DNA of 63,679 nt, the filler included, from Octopus bimaculoides (lineage: Eukaryota): NCBI RefSeq assembly GCF_001194135.2. It is 6 parts of 5 records of this genome, joined end to end, with 100 filler letters (N's around TTAATTAATTAA, not from the genome) between each part and the next. Parts side by side here need not be neighbours in the genome. Positions count along the whole stretch, not along the records: positions 1 to 14,666 come from NC_068984.1; positions 14,767 to 30,945 come from NC_068985.1; 4 more parts are not named here. One strand, written 5' to 3'. The position numbers were made by a program, and so were the translations under genes. Of this stretch, positions 13,949-26,289 are shown one piece after another (within the stretch, counting starts at the first letter, position 1; the number at the start of each line of letters is the position of its first letter). The notes under the pieces were generated by a model. That model was not told the DNA's origin. It saw nothing but the letters and a program-made list of their open reading frames with translations, and did no database searches.

Positions 13949-14666
13949 TATCAGGTCATCCCATAAGTTCTGTCCGAATTTTGAATAAAGAAAACAAGAG
14001 ATCAAATGTTATATTTAATTGAAATTTAATCAGCAATGTACTTTCCCTGATTATCTATGACTTCCTTCTATCTATTTACAAGCCTTTTAATCCCATCAAT
14101 GTAAAACTCTTTTGGTTTCAAAGCGAAGAACTCTGAAATGTCAGTTTCGACCTCCTCCTGGCTTGCGAAAGTTATGTCCCCAAAATGGGTCTGTAAACTA
14201 CGAAACAAATGGTGGTCTGAAGGAGCAAGGTTGGGAGAATAAGGTGCATAAGGAATTTTTTCCCAACCAAGCTCTTCGATCTTCTGAGATCTTTGCAGTG
14301 TGGGATCATGCATTGTCTTGATGAAACATCACTCCTTTTCGATTCACTAAAGCGGGTCTTTTTTTTCTTCAAAGCTTGGTTCAAACACTCTAATTGCTGA
14401 CAGTAGACTTGAACATTGATTGTTGCATTAGGTGGTAATAATTCAAAGGGAATTACTCCTTTGGAATCCCACCAGATAGAGAGAAGAACCCTTTTCCCAT
14501 GAAGTTCCCTTCTCGGTTGGTTGAGCTTTTACGAAGCCACTGTTTTTACCCTTTCACCAAGCCACGTTTACGACGTTTAACATTTCGATAGAAGATCCAT
14601 TTTTTGTCACCAGTCACAAGTCTATCCAAAAAGGGTGAAATGAGTTCGCGAGATTGGAGAGAAGAG
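13949..14666 (-). mobile_element. mariner transposon remnant (3' half with TIR), truncated by an assembly linker
   Basis: FLDRLVTGDKKWIFYRNVKR and ELGWEKIPYAPYSPNLAPSDHHLFRSLQ (YSPDLAPxD motif); TA followed by TIR tcaggtcatcccataagttctgtccg at 13949; stops and frameshifts present. Confidence 0.88.
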
Positions 14667-14766
14667 NNNNNNNNNNNNNNNNNNNNNNNNNNNNNNNNNN
14701 NNNNNNNNNNTTAATTAATTAANNNNNNNNNNNNNNNNNNNNNNNNNNNNNNNNNNNNNNNNNNNN
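14667..14766. other. Artificial assembly linker (44 N + TTAATTAATTAA + 44 N); the 12-mer also occurs at 30990, 41909, 53097 and 62224
   Basis: An identical 12-mer with stops in all six frames, embedded in N runs, occurs five times. Confidence 0.95.
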
Positions 14767-14767
14767 T

Positions 14768-14808
<41 letters not shown>

Positions 14809-14923
14809 TATATACATATTGATAGAAATGGAAAGACAACAAAAGAATGAAAGAGACCTCGATATTATGTAAATAGAGGAATTTATCTGTAAATATAATA
14901 TGTGACAATTATTCAGTAGCCAT

Positions 14924-14984
14924 GATAAAACTCCGAGTTTCGGATGTCGGGGCGGAAACACACGCCGCCATCTCTTCAGTTATC
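14924..14984 (-). ncRNA. Type I hammerhead ribozyme motif, near intact
   Basis: Minus strand reads gataa-CTGAAGA-gatggcgg...ccgccccgacatcc-GAAA-ctc-g-gag-TT-ttatc. Helix I is gataa/ttatc, helix III is quasi-palindromic (ACTC-G-GAGT), the triplet is GUU, and helix II is bulged. Confidence 0.7.
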
Positions 14985-16909
14985 GGGCCATCAAAAGAAA
15001 TGCTATGAAAATGACTGTTAAACAAGGGGAAATTACTGATTGACCGTTATTAAGACAAAAGAGTTATTAGAATGACTTCTAAGTAAGGGGAGGGAGTAAA
15101 GGGAAAGGAATAAAAGTGTTCATAGTAATCGCGTAAGTGCACATGTCCATGCATACACATGTGCGCCCGCACACCCACGTACATGCGCCTATATATATAC
15201 ATATATACATATATATACATATATATACATATATATATNNNNNNNNNNTATATACATATGTATACATATATATATATATATAATATGAATATATATATAT
15301 GTATACATATACATATATAAATATATATATACATACATACATACGTATATATGTGTGTGTTTGTTTGCTTGTGTGTGTGTATAAATATACATTTATACAC
15401 ATATATATACATATGTGTATACATAAACAATAAAAGTCAGGAGGGACAAGAGATGAATATATATTTATTTACTCACATGACAACCATATGATTATAGCTG
15501 TTTCACAACCTTCTTCATGTAGTATTAATTTCAGCATGGAAGAAATTATGCTTACATGTTGGAATTGATATGTATGCTCCATATTATACAATACAGTGTA
15601 TATTCACAAATCAGTAGAAATATAGAAAGCTAGCTCATGAGATCGCCAGAACATTATGGTTACACCAACAATCAATTCAATGTGTATGTGAGTGTGTTTG
15701 TATGCTTGTTTGTTTTACTGTCTCCTTGCCTTGACATTAGACAGCAGTTGTAAAGTGAGTGTTACTGTCATGCAAGAGTTCGTTCTTTGTTTCCAATCTT
15801 CCACAAAATCATGTGTGAGCATGGTGAAATATTACCTTACTTGGAAACCGATGAGGGTTGGCTATAGGAATAACATCTAGCCATACAACATTTTTCTGAT
15901 CTGTACCAGCACAAAATAGCAAATGCTTCATTTATATATATATATATATATATATATATCATCATCATCATCATCAGCATCATCATCATCATCATCAGCA
16001 TCATCATCATCATCATTTAACGTCTGCTTTCCACGCTGGCATGGGTTGGACAGCTTGACTGAGGACTGGTGAGCCACAGGCTGCACCAGCCTCCAATCTG
16101 ATTTGGCAGAGTTTCTACAGCTGGATGCCCTTCCTAACGCCAACCACTGCGAGAGTGTAGTGGGTGCTTTTTACGTGCCACTGGCACGGGAGCCAGTCCG
16201 GCAGCACTGGCAACGACCACGCTCGAATGTTGTTTTTCACATGCCACCGGCATGGGAACCATATATATATACTTTTATTCTTTCTTTTATTTGTTTCAGT
16301 CCTTTGATTGTGGCCATGCTAGAGCACCACCTTAAAGGGTTTTAGTCCATGCCAGCATGGAAAATGGATGTTAAATGTTGATAATCATTTGCTCGACTGC
16401 TGACATTTATCAATGGTAAAGAACAATAAATTTTGTTTACAAAATTGAGTTGGGAGCCAGACTAAACATTAGTGTAGGTTGTGTGCTTGGCTGTTCTTCT
16501 GTGTAGATTTGGCTGTTCAAACAAAGAAGTTTGCTTTGCAACCACATGATTTCAAGTTCAGTCCCAGTCATTCCAGTCATTATCATCTCAGTTTTTTGTT
16601 TGTTGTTTTTTGTTGTTTTGTGTTTTAATCTAATCTAATCTGAATGCAGTGCATGCTTTAGTCATGATGATTAAAGCAAATTAGAGACTAAAGAATAAAG
16701 AAAGACAAGATCTTGTGTGGCTTCCATGCTCTTCTAATAGTTTTATCCTAAAAGTAAAGAATACATATTTTATTTAACTACATTGAGTTGAAAAATATCT
16801 TTTTCCATAGCCTCATCTCAATGAAAGCCTTGTGAGAGAAATTCAGAAGATGGAAACTGTGACAAAGCCCATCATAAAGAGCTTTTCCATTATAGACTTA
16901 GTCTGTTAC

Positions 16910-17068
16910 CTGGTTTAATACTACCATATGAAATCTTTGATCCCTTTAGCAGAGTCCATTGTGCTTCAAGTATTTGGGCTAGGTCTATGATCTCAAGATA
17001 ATTTCTTCCTTCCTCTTGGAGATTTGTCTTGCAAACCCTGGTTATAAGAACTGCTTTATCTCCTCTAA
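16910..17068 (-). CDS. Candidate internal exon of an unidentified minus-strand gene (159 nt, phase 1 to 1)
   Basis: Acceptor ttttttcaaagtctcag and donor CAG|gtaaca. One open frame: xRGDKAVLITRVCKTNLQEEGRNYLEIIDLAQILEAQWTLLKGSKISYGSIKP; the other two frames contain stops. Protein not recognised. Confidence 0.45.
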
Positions 17069-17778
17069 CTGAGACTTTGAAAAAATTACATTAAAATACC
17101 AAAACATTATGACTACATCAGAAATTAATAATGGTTTGGGAACATTATGACCTTGACTCATAGTGGGTTACTGGCTCAGAACTGAACCAATAAACAACAA
17201 CATGATCATAGCTGAAACAACAACAACAACAACAACAGCAGCAGCAGCAGCAACAACAACAACATGGTCATGGCTGAAACATGCTTGACCATTGGACAGA
17301 TCAGTCCCAAATAACCTAGTGTTAAACAATGTGGGATTGTCATGGTTGGAATGTATTTTATCATAGGTGTACCTAATCAGAGGTTACCAGGGATCAAACA
17401 ATCAGATCAACAACAAGAACATTATAAAGCTATGCAGAAAGGCATAAACATCACATAATCACATTCTAATCTGCACTCCCATCCAGTGTAAATATGATAC
17501 ATTATAGCCAAAGCAACAGTTTTATACATCATCTTATTGAAAACCAACCATGCCAGCTACGTTAAAATTTTACGATCAAAAGATTATTTCACTAAAATGT
17601 TTAGCGAATTTTTTTATTTCATGTTTTTTTGTTTTATTTTAGTTTTCCACTAGGAACATGAAAAGGAAAAAAATACTTCACTTTCATCTGAAATCTAGTA
17701 TATATTATAATCACACACAAACACACACACATATAAAGCATTATATACATACATACACAGTATATATGTGTATATATA

Positions 17779-17836
<58 letters not shown>

Positions 17837-19289
17837 CCTATCTATCTATCTATCTATCTATCTATATCTATATATNNNNNNNNNNNNNNNNNNNNNNNNN
17901 NNNNNNNNNNNNNNNNNNNNNNNNNNNNNNNNNNNNNNNNNNNNNNNNNNNNNNNNNNNNNNNNNNNNNNNNNNNNNNNNNNNNNNNNNNNNNNNNNNNN
18001 NNNNNNNNNNNNNNNNNNNNNNNNNNNNNNNNNNNNNNNNNNNNNNNNNNNNNNNNNNNNNNNNNNNNNNNNNNNNNNNNNNNNNNNNNNNNNNNNNNNN
18101 NNNNNNNNNNNNNNNNNNNNNNNNNNNNNNNNNNNNNNNNNNNNNNNNNNNNNNNNNNNNNNNNNNNNNNNNNNNNNNNNNNNNNNNNNNNNNNNNNNNN
18201 NNNNNNNNNNNNNNNNNNNNNNNNNNNNNNNNNNNNNNNNNNNNNNNNNNNNNNNNNNNNNNNNNNNNNNNNNNNNNNNNNNNNNNNNNNNNNNNNNNNN
18301 NNNNNNNNNNNNNNNNNNNNNATATATATATATATTTATATATATGTACATATATGTATGCATATGTGTCTATGTATATGTTTATATGTAACTATATCTA
18401 TATGTATATCTCTATGTATACACACATACACACACACACACACATATATATATATATGCATATGTGTGTGTGTACTGTATCATATGAACGTCATTGCTGA
18501 TGTCATTGATTCTAAACCAATCAGCAGACAGTGTTAGGTTTGGGCTAATGAGTGTGTCACTACATGGTTGTTAAACATACTAGAAATAGCAACCAAATTA
18601 CTTTCAAATCATAGGTTTTTTTTTTAAAACAAGAAAAAGGGAATGAAGACATTATGTCATCTATTTCTATATATGTTATATTCAAAAAATAGGTGAGGGT
18701 CATGGCTGGAATGATTGTGATGATAGTTTTGCTTGAAAGGAACTGCTCTGGGGCTAATAGACAATACTATCTCACTGATGTTATTGAATGAAGAAAGGAA
18801 TCATAATGTGGTCTGTTAGAAATAACAGCTAAATCTCCTCCTTCTGCTAAAGTCGTATGACCTTTACGCAACCATGACCAGGAATATAAGCTACTGTTCA
18901 TCGTTTAACGTCCGCTTTCCATGCTAGCATGGGTTAAATCCTAAATGTGTTTCACATGAAAATGAATAGGTAGGTTTTAACATATTTAAAAGGTGCAACA
19001 TTAAAAACATATTTACATACTTCATTCACCACATTCACACACAAATGCACATAAATATATATACTTGTGTACATATACATACATATATCCAGACATAGAT
19101 ACATAGATACATCTATGGACAGGGCCCCACTTCCATCAAATAGATGACCCTACTCGATACGTAAGAAAGAAGTAGGCAGGAATTCCATATAGTGTACCCA
19201 ATGTATGCTATGGACACACAAGAAGTACAGTAGAATAATGGGAAAGAAAGTAGTGTTTGTATGTGGAAGATGCACAGGAGCCATAAAAC

Positions 19290-19960
19290 CTACAGATACT
19301 TGGGGAAAATGATTTTTTTCAAATGCCTCAGAAGCTGTTAAGAAATAGTGGATAATTTTTGTAACCTAGGGGACTGAATAAGCAGTGGAGGAAGATGTAC
19401 TAAAAGTTTCATTGCTAGAATAAGAATAGGATGAAGAAAATCCAGGGAGCTTTTACCTCTAATGACAACCAAAGATCTCTCTCTCTCTCTCTGAGTGAAA
19501 GGAAGAATGTATGATGCATGTGTATGAACAGCAATGCTACATGGCTGTGAGATGTGGGTCCTGAATGCAGAGAACATGCAAAGGCTAGGGAGGAATGAAG
19601 CTAGTATACTCTGCTGGATGTGCAATGTCAGTGTACATGTTTGACAGAGCACTAGTGTATTGAGAGGAAAGTTAAGCATAAGAGGAATTAGGTGCAGTGT
19701 GCAAGAGAGAAGAGTGTACTGATTTGATCATGAGATGTGTATGGACGTGGACAGTTGCATAAACAAGTGCTGATCCCTTAAAATGGATGGGACTCATGAA
19801 AGAGAAGAGGCTCAAGAAGACATGGGACAAAATATTGAAGGACAATCTCAAGACACTGAGCTTTATGAAGAAAATGACAAAGGGCCAAGATCTCTGGTGC
19901 CTTACAGTACTCAAGAAGTTCTGTCCACCACAGCAGAATTGATATCCTAAACCACCTCGG
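19290..19960 (+). mobile_element. RTE-clade LINE 3' remnant
   Basis: Decayed LSLRVKGRMYDACV*TAMLHGCEMW..MQRLGRNEASILCWMCNVS...RCSVQERR. Confidence 0.8.
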
Positions 19961-20079
19961 TTAATGCTTGTCTAAGAGGGGCTCTGTCCCATGCCCACCT
20001 ACATCTTCTGTCCCATCAACCATTTTCCCCTACTTTTAATTTCCTATAACTCATCACTTCTCTAACCCCTGAGAGCAGA

Positions 20080-20560
20080 ATAGATTCGGTTTTTCGAGCG
20101 AGGTCGTTGCCGGTGCCCCCTGGCTGGCTCGTGTGCGGGCGACACATGGGGTCTTTCGAGTGGGATCGTTTGCCAGTGCCCCTAGACTGGCTCATGTGCG
20201 GGTGACACATGAAATCTTTCGAGCGGGATCATTGCCAGTGCCCCTGGACTGGCTCATGTGCGGGCGACACATGATATCTTTCGTGCGAGATCGTTGCCAG
20301 TGCCCATGGACTGGCTCTTGTGCGGGTGGCACATTAAAGACACCATTTCGAGCATGGTCGTTTTCGTGCAGGTGACACATAAAAGCACCCACTACACTCT
20401 CTGAGTGGTTGGCGTTAGGAAGGGCATCCAGCTGTAGAAACTCTGCCAAATTAGATTGGAGCCTGGTGTTGCCATCCGGTTTCACCAGTCCTCAGTCAAA
20501 TCGTCCAACCCATGCTAGCATGGAAGGCGGACGTTAAACGATGATGATGATGATGATGAT
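20080..20560 (+). mobile_element. Interspersed repeat family D ending in (GAT)n with internal ~55-60-bp subrepeats (probably an RTE-related retroposon)
   Basis: ggcgttaggaagggcatccagctgtagaaactctgccaaat..catgctagcatggaa(a/g)gcggacgttaaacgatgatgat. Other copies: 15960-16256(-), 22024-22320(-), 32655-32830(+), 33167-33322(-), 36745-37107(+), 37627-37882(-), 40088-40425(-), 40475-41034(+). Confidence 0.8.
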
Positions 20561-20825
20561 GACTACATCCCCTGCATTCCCAGTTACTTTCTTCTTTGTC
20601 CCAAACCACTTCCATTTCCCATTATCCACCCCTACCTACTGTCTCCACCAATCACCTCCTTTCTGTGCCATCTCTCTCCTGTGTTGTTCTCCATTATTAA
20701 CACCTCACTAATCTGCTATGACCCTCAATGCCATTACATACCTATTACAACCCCTGCCCCTGAGTCTCTCTTATATTTCACTTCACCATTTGACTTAGTC
20801 ACCTCTACCCTATCCATCCATCCAG

Positions 20826-21268
20826 CTGGCTATACGACACAATATCTATGTCCTTATATTTTCAAACAGGGAGCCCAGCCCCTCCATCCAGCACAAAACA
20901 ACATCTGTTTCTGGATTATTGCTCTTTATCAGCACAGAGTAGCTGCTTGGCTGGGTGGTGCTACTGAATTCCTGTTCAAAAATATATAATTTTCAAAGTG
21001 ACACGCAATCACTGGTCTGATAAATAAAAACATTATTATTTCTAAATCTCTCAAAGAGAGATATTCAGTAACATTTCTTTAAAGTCAAGACTATTTGCCA
21101 ACATAATGTGGCTGTCCTGGATGAGATGTTTTCTGTTACTGAATACTTCTCTTTGAGAGATTTAGAAAGATCAATAACCCAGAAACCAGATGTTGCTTTG
21201 TGCTGGATGGGGGTGCTGGTCTCCCTGTTTGAAAATATAAGGACATGGATATTGTGTTCTATAGCCAG
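20826..21268. repeat. Interrupted long inverted repeat
   Basis: 20826-20925 pairs with 21170-21268, and 21040-21073 pairs with 21134-21167; ~110 bp unpaired in the left arm; partial duplicate at 21277-21320. Confidence 0.8.
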
Positions 21269-21318
21269 AAGCAGATCCAGAGATGTTGCTTTGTGCTGGA
21301 TGGGGGTGCTGGTCTCCC

Positions 21319-21353
<35 letters not shown>

Positions 21354-21518
21354 GAAATACGAGGAATTTTTGTCAGGGTGACTCAAACAAATAGCTATGC
21401 TTTCTAAGTGCTCAAATTGATATGCCACTAAAATTCTGGTTTGAACTACAGTTGAAGACGTGATTTTGTGATTGCTTTTCTAAAGCAGCTAGATGTGGCT
21501 TTCCTTTTAGCCAGTAGG

Positions 21519-22009
21519 TACATATTAAAGCAGAAAAGAAAAGGCAAACATTTTGGCAAGACTTGACAAGGAGATTTAATTTAGCTTATATAATAAAAGG
21601 TTTAGATAGTTTCTAACAGCTGTTTCTAGAACTGAAACATTGTTTCTAGCTATTGGAACATTGTGCCAAGTGAGGATTCCATAGGCTGAGTATTCAATTA
21701 TTGGAGAGAGATAAGTTAAACATAAGTAATGGTGGATGAATATGTGGAAACATGTAATGGTGGAAGATAATTATTGTGGTCCATTATGTCTAGAAAGGGA
21801 GGAGAAATCCAATTAAAATCCAATTAAAATGGATATTCTTTAAACAAATTCATAAACAGAAGGGTTGGTTTGATAGTAATCCATGTTGAGGGAAAATGGA
21901 TGCAAGCAGTTCCAAAGTTGGACAAATACTTTTTATTATGAGGCTAAATTAAATGTCCTTGTCAAGTCTTGCCAAACTGTTTAGCTTTTCTTTTCTGCTT
22001 TAATATATA
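21519..22009. mobile_element. Element with ~80-bp terminal inverted repeats (MITE-like or inverted Penelope-type terminal repeats)
   Basis: tacatattaaagcagaaaagaaaagg..ggcaagacttgacaagga..ttaatttagc is inverted at 21940-22009; related to 53418-53576. Confidence 0.65.
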
Positions 22010-22479
22010 CATATATTTATAGCATCATCATCATCATTATCATTTAACATCTATTTTCCATACTGGCATGGATTTGACAGGAGTTGGTAAGGCCAGGGAC
22101 TACACCAAGCTCCATTGTCTGTTTGGGTATGGTTTCTATGGCTGGATGCTCTTTCTAACACCAACCACTTTACAGAGTGTACTGGGTGCTTTTTATGTCA
22201 CACCAGTACTGATACTTTATACATAGTCCCAGCACCAGAGCTTTTTATGTGAAACCAGCACCAGTGTTTTTTACATGGCACCAGCAGCGGTCTTTTTATG
22301 CAGCAGCAGCACCAACAGGGTCACTGAGTAATTTTCAAGACAAAAACCCCCTCAGCTGGAAGGAGGGAGTAGTAGTGAGGGTGGTGGTAGCTTTGTGCCA
22401 GTTGATGAGAGATTAAAGGTGTAGAGGAACAAGGACAGATGTTTTGCTGTAGAGTGGATACATTGATATTCCAGTTGAA

Positions 22480-23174
22480 AAAGAACAGAGTGAGTTAGAG
22501 AGTAAGACAAAGAGAGTAGGTGAGTCAATAAGAGAGGAAAAAGTGAAAGACATGGTGGTGAGGATGCTTCAGGACATGCCCTTGAGGGATATTGGGGTGA
22601 TGAGAATTTAGACCATACCAGTGCAATCGTCTCTCTTGCACACCACAACTGATGCTTCTTAGGTCCAACTTTTCTCTCAAGGTACTTACACTCTGTCGTG
22701 TATGCACACTGACATTACACATCCATCAGAGCATACTGGCTTCATTCCTTGTAAGCTTACGCATGTCCTCAGCAGTCACGGCCCATGTTTCACTGCCATG
22801 TAGCATGGCTGTTCATACACATGTGTCATACAGTCTGCCTTTTACTCTGAGAGAGAGACCCTTTGTCATCAGCAGATGTAAGAGCTCTCTGAACTTTGCC
22901 CAGGCTATTCTTATTCTAGCAGCTACAATTTCAATGCACCCTCCCCACTACTGACTTGGTCACCTAGGTAACGGAAGCTATCAGCTACTTCTAGTTTTCC
23001 TCTCTGGAATGTAGCAGAAGTTGTTCTCTGCACATTTTCAGTGTTTATTGCTCCTGAGTATCTGGCACATACAAAAACTATCTTCCTCGTTAGCCTTCCT
23101 TTGATATTGCTGCACCTCTTATGTGTCCATAGCTTACACTGGTACCAGCCTGCCAACAAACTAAAACTTACCAC
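22480..23174 (-). mobile_element. RTE-clade LINE remnant
   Basis: CKLWTHKRCSNIKGRL, FRYLGDQVSSG, KGLSLRVKGRLYDTCV and WMCNVSVHTRQSVSTLREKLDLRSISCGVQERRLHWYG; same family as 19290-19960. Confidence 0.85.
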
Positions 23175-23786
23175 CTACTTACATTCATTTGGGAACTCTT
23201 AAAAACTCACTACTTAAAAGCTGACATACCTTGTAAATATACCTAACTAGAATGGTTTAAATACAGGACTGAACTCAGAGACTTTACCTTCATATTCTCA
23301 AAAGAAAAGGTTAAAAATCCCATTCATATCCTAATAGAACCAAGAACAACTAAACTGAATTATATATCTGCTGACTAACAACCTGACTACATTCTTTTGT
23401 AAACTATTATGACCTGACAATGATGCACCTACATATACACACATTATTACAAAGTTCTATAATGAATAAATTCTAGCACATCGCCAAATCTAATCAATAA
23501 AAATTTTCCATAACACCTTGCCATCACACCTGCCTTACAACCTAATTATTATTCAATGGAACTCAGCTTAAGTTAGAAAGTTTTAACTATATGAAACCAA
23601 GATGAACTCAAATACACCACAGTTTAGTGATGGCTTAACTGGCTGAAACTTTACAGTCACATAGAGGTAGGTACCTCAGTTAGTGTTGGTATATATAAAT
23701 ACTATTTTAATTACTGGTATGTATAGCAGATAATTTGAGAAATGCTTTCTCCTTTTTCTAACCTCATCAGCTTTCACTCTACTTAC

Positions 23787-23845
23787 CCATGTTGTAATGA
23801 GAGCAAATCTTTCAGTAAAGATACATGTGAGTCTAATGATGTGTT
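23787..23845 (-). CDS. Candidate exon of an unidentified minus-strand gene (59 nt)
   Basis: Acceptor atgctttattcag and strong donor TGG|gtaagt. Phase-0 frame NTSLDSHVSLLKDLLSLQH is open and phase-compatible with 24030-24104. Confidence 0.3.
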
Positions 23846-24029
23846 CTGAATAAAGCATTGATAGTAAATTACTATGTGTACAGAGAACAGTGAGAATCTG
23901 AACAATGACTGCATATTCATTTTTAACATGTTCCGGAATATTTTAATGTGAAATTGCTATCATATTTCATCATTGGAGAAAGATCTTGTTTTTTTCAGAT
24001 GATGTATATTGACATATTCATTGACATAC

Positions 24030-24104
24030 AAGGGTCTCTTCAGTCAAGCATTCTCCCTTGGATGAATGAGTTGACAGCATACATAATCTGAAAAAAGGTG
24101 TTTT
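24030..24104 (-). CDS. Candidate exon of an unidentified minus-strand gene (75 nt; alternative acceptor at 24087)
   Basis: Acceptor gttgtattttgtcttcag and donor CTT|gtatgt. Open frame KTPFFRLCMLSTHSSKGECLTEETL. Confidence 0.28.
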
Positions 24105-24636
24105 CTGAAGACAAAATACAACAGTGATTAACATATTCCTGTTCGAATCTGCCAAAATGTATTAAGAATGAAAGCAGAGTGAGTTTCCAGGAAACTAGAG
24201 GTGGCAGTAAGTGGGTAGAATGAACAGAGTTGTCTTCTTCATTGTGAAGGTAAAGGACATTTTAAATTGTAATGTATAGATATTGTTGTCATTGTTCTTG
24301 GTGTTGCTGTTGCTACTGTTACATAGTCTTGAGTCTGTCCTGATGAAGTATTCAGTCCTATAAATTACAAGGAATTCAGCTGAACAAAAAGACACATGCA
24401 TGGTACTTTCTACAAAGCCCTGTCTGTACCTGTACTTTCATAGATTCTGAGAGTTGCAGAGCAGTGTCATGTACTATTATGTGGGGTAGTGTACTTTGAA
24501 GTGGTGTCACATAAATGCTGTAGCTTAGTTTGGTATAAGATAGTATGGAGTGGTGTTGTGCAATATACTGTACTGTGATTTGAAGGAAATTTGGATGTTA
24601 TTTCTAGCTGGCTGTGCAACCAAAGTGAAGGTATGA

Positions 24637-24669
<33 letters not shown>

Positions 24670-25069
24670 GGCAGCAGTTGTGCTTGAGGTTTCAGTAGGT
24701 GTAGAAGTAGATGTAGAGGATTTGGTTGTAGTAGTGGTGGCAGTAGTGTTTGTTGTGTGGTAATGGGAGTAGTGATGTCGACAGTGATGATGGGGTTGGA
24801 GCAGGTAATAGCAGTAGTTGTTCAGGTTGTGTTTGTAATAATGGTAACAGTGGCAGTAGTAGTGATGGTGGTGGTAGTGATGGCAATGGTAGAGTTAATA
24901 ATATGGTGGTAGTGGTTGTGGTTATGGTAGTGTTTGTATTAGAAGTGGTGATCATGGTAAAGGAGTTGATGGTGGCAGTCATTGTGTGATGTAGTTGTAG
25001 ATGTGGTAGTAGTAGTTGTAATGGTAATAGTTATGGTGTGAGTGGATCCAGTAGTGATTATGATGGCAA

Positions 25070-25130
<61 letters not shown>

Positions 25131-26030
25131 GGTGGTGGTGGTGGTGGTTTTGGTGGTGGCAGCAGCAATAGTTGTAGNNNNNNNNNNNNNNNNNNNNNNN
25201 NNNNNNNNNNNNNNNNNNNNNNNNNNNNNNNNNNNNNNNNNNNNNNNNNNNNNNNNNNNNNNNNNNNNNNNNNNNNNNNNNNNNNNNNNNNNNNNNNNNN
25301 NNNNNNNNNNNNNNNNNNNNNNNNNNNNNNNNNNNNNNNNNNNNNNNNNNNNNNNNNNNNNNNNNNNNNNNNNNNNNNNNNNNNNNNNNNNNNNNNNNNN
25401 NNNNNNNNNNNNNNNNNNNNNNNNNNNNNNNNNNNNNNNNNNNNNNNNNNNNNNNNNNNNNNNNNNNNNNNNNNNNNNNNNNNNNNNNNNNNNNNNNNNN
25501 NNNNNNNNNNNNNNNNNNNNNNNNNNNNNNNNNNNNNNNNNNNNNNNNNNNNNNNNNNNNNNNNNNNNNNNNNNNNNNNNNNNNNNNNNNNNNNNNNNNN
25601 NNNNNNNNNNNNNNNNNNNNNNNNNNNNNNNNNNNNNNNNNNNNNNNNNNNNNNNNNNNNNNNNNNNNNNNNNNNNNNNNNNNNNNNNNNNNNNNNNNNN
25701 NNNNNNNNNNNNNNNNNNNNNNNNNNNNNNNNNNNNNNNNNNNNNNNNNNNNNNNNNNNNNNNNNNNNNNNNNNNNNNNNNNNNNNNNNNNNNNNNNNNN
25801 NNNNNNNNNNNNNNNNNNNNNNNNNNNNNNNNNNNNNNNNNNNNNNNNNNNNNNNNNNNNNNNNNNNNNNNNNNNNNNNNNNNNNNNNNNNNNNNNNNNN
25901 NNNNNNNNNNNNNNNNNNNNNNNNNNNNNNNNNNNNNNNNNNNNNNNNNNNNNNNNNNNNNNNNNNNNNNNNNNNNNNNNNNNNNNNNNNNNNNTGCCAG
26001 CTCGCCGCCTCTGATTGGCTAAAATATTGA

Positions 26031-26216
26031 TTTCAAATTTTGGCACAAAACCAGCAATTAGGAGGAGGGTAAGTCGATTTTATAGACCCCAGATTCTCAA
26101 TTGGTACTTATTTTGTCGATCCCGAAAGAATGAAAGCAAAGTCAACCGCAGCGTAAAGACAAAATGCCGCTAAGCATTATACCCGGCGTGCTAACGATTC
26201 TGCCAGCTCGCCGCCT
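26031..26216 (-). mobile_element. SINE family A
   Basis: Similar to 12070-12280; flanked by the direct repeat ctgattggctaaaatattg. Confidence 0.8.
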
Positions 26217-26289
26217 CTGATTGGCTAAAATATTGGTATGTGATATTGTGATTCCCATACCTTTCCAGATATCAATACTAACATTCTCG

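Noticed and set aside
14945-14975. GC box plus YY1-like AGATGGCGGC as a promoter or start codon
   Set aside because: Better explained as helix II of the hammerhead at 14924-14984; the ATG frame closes after 20 codons without a good donor.
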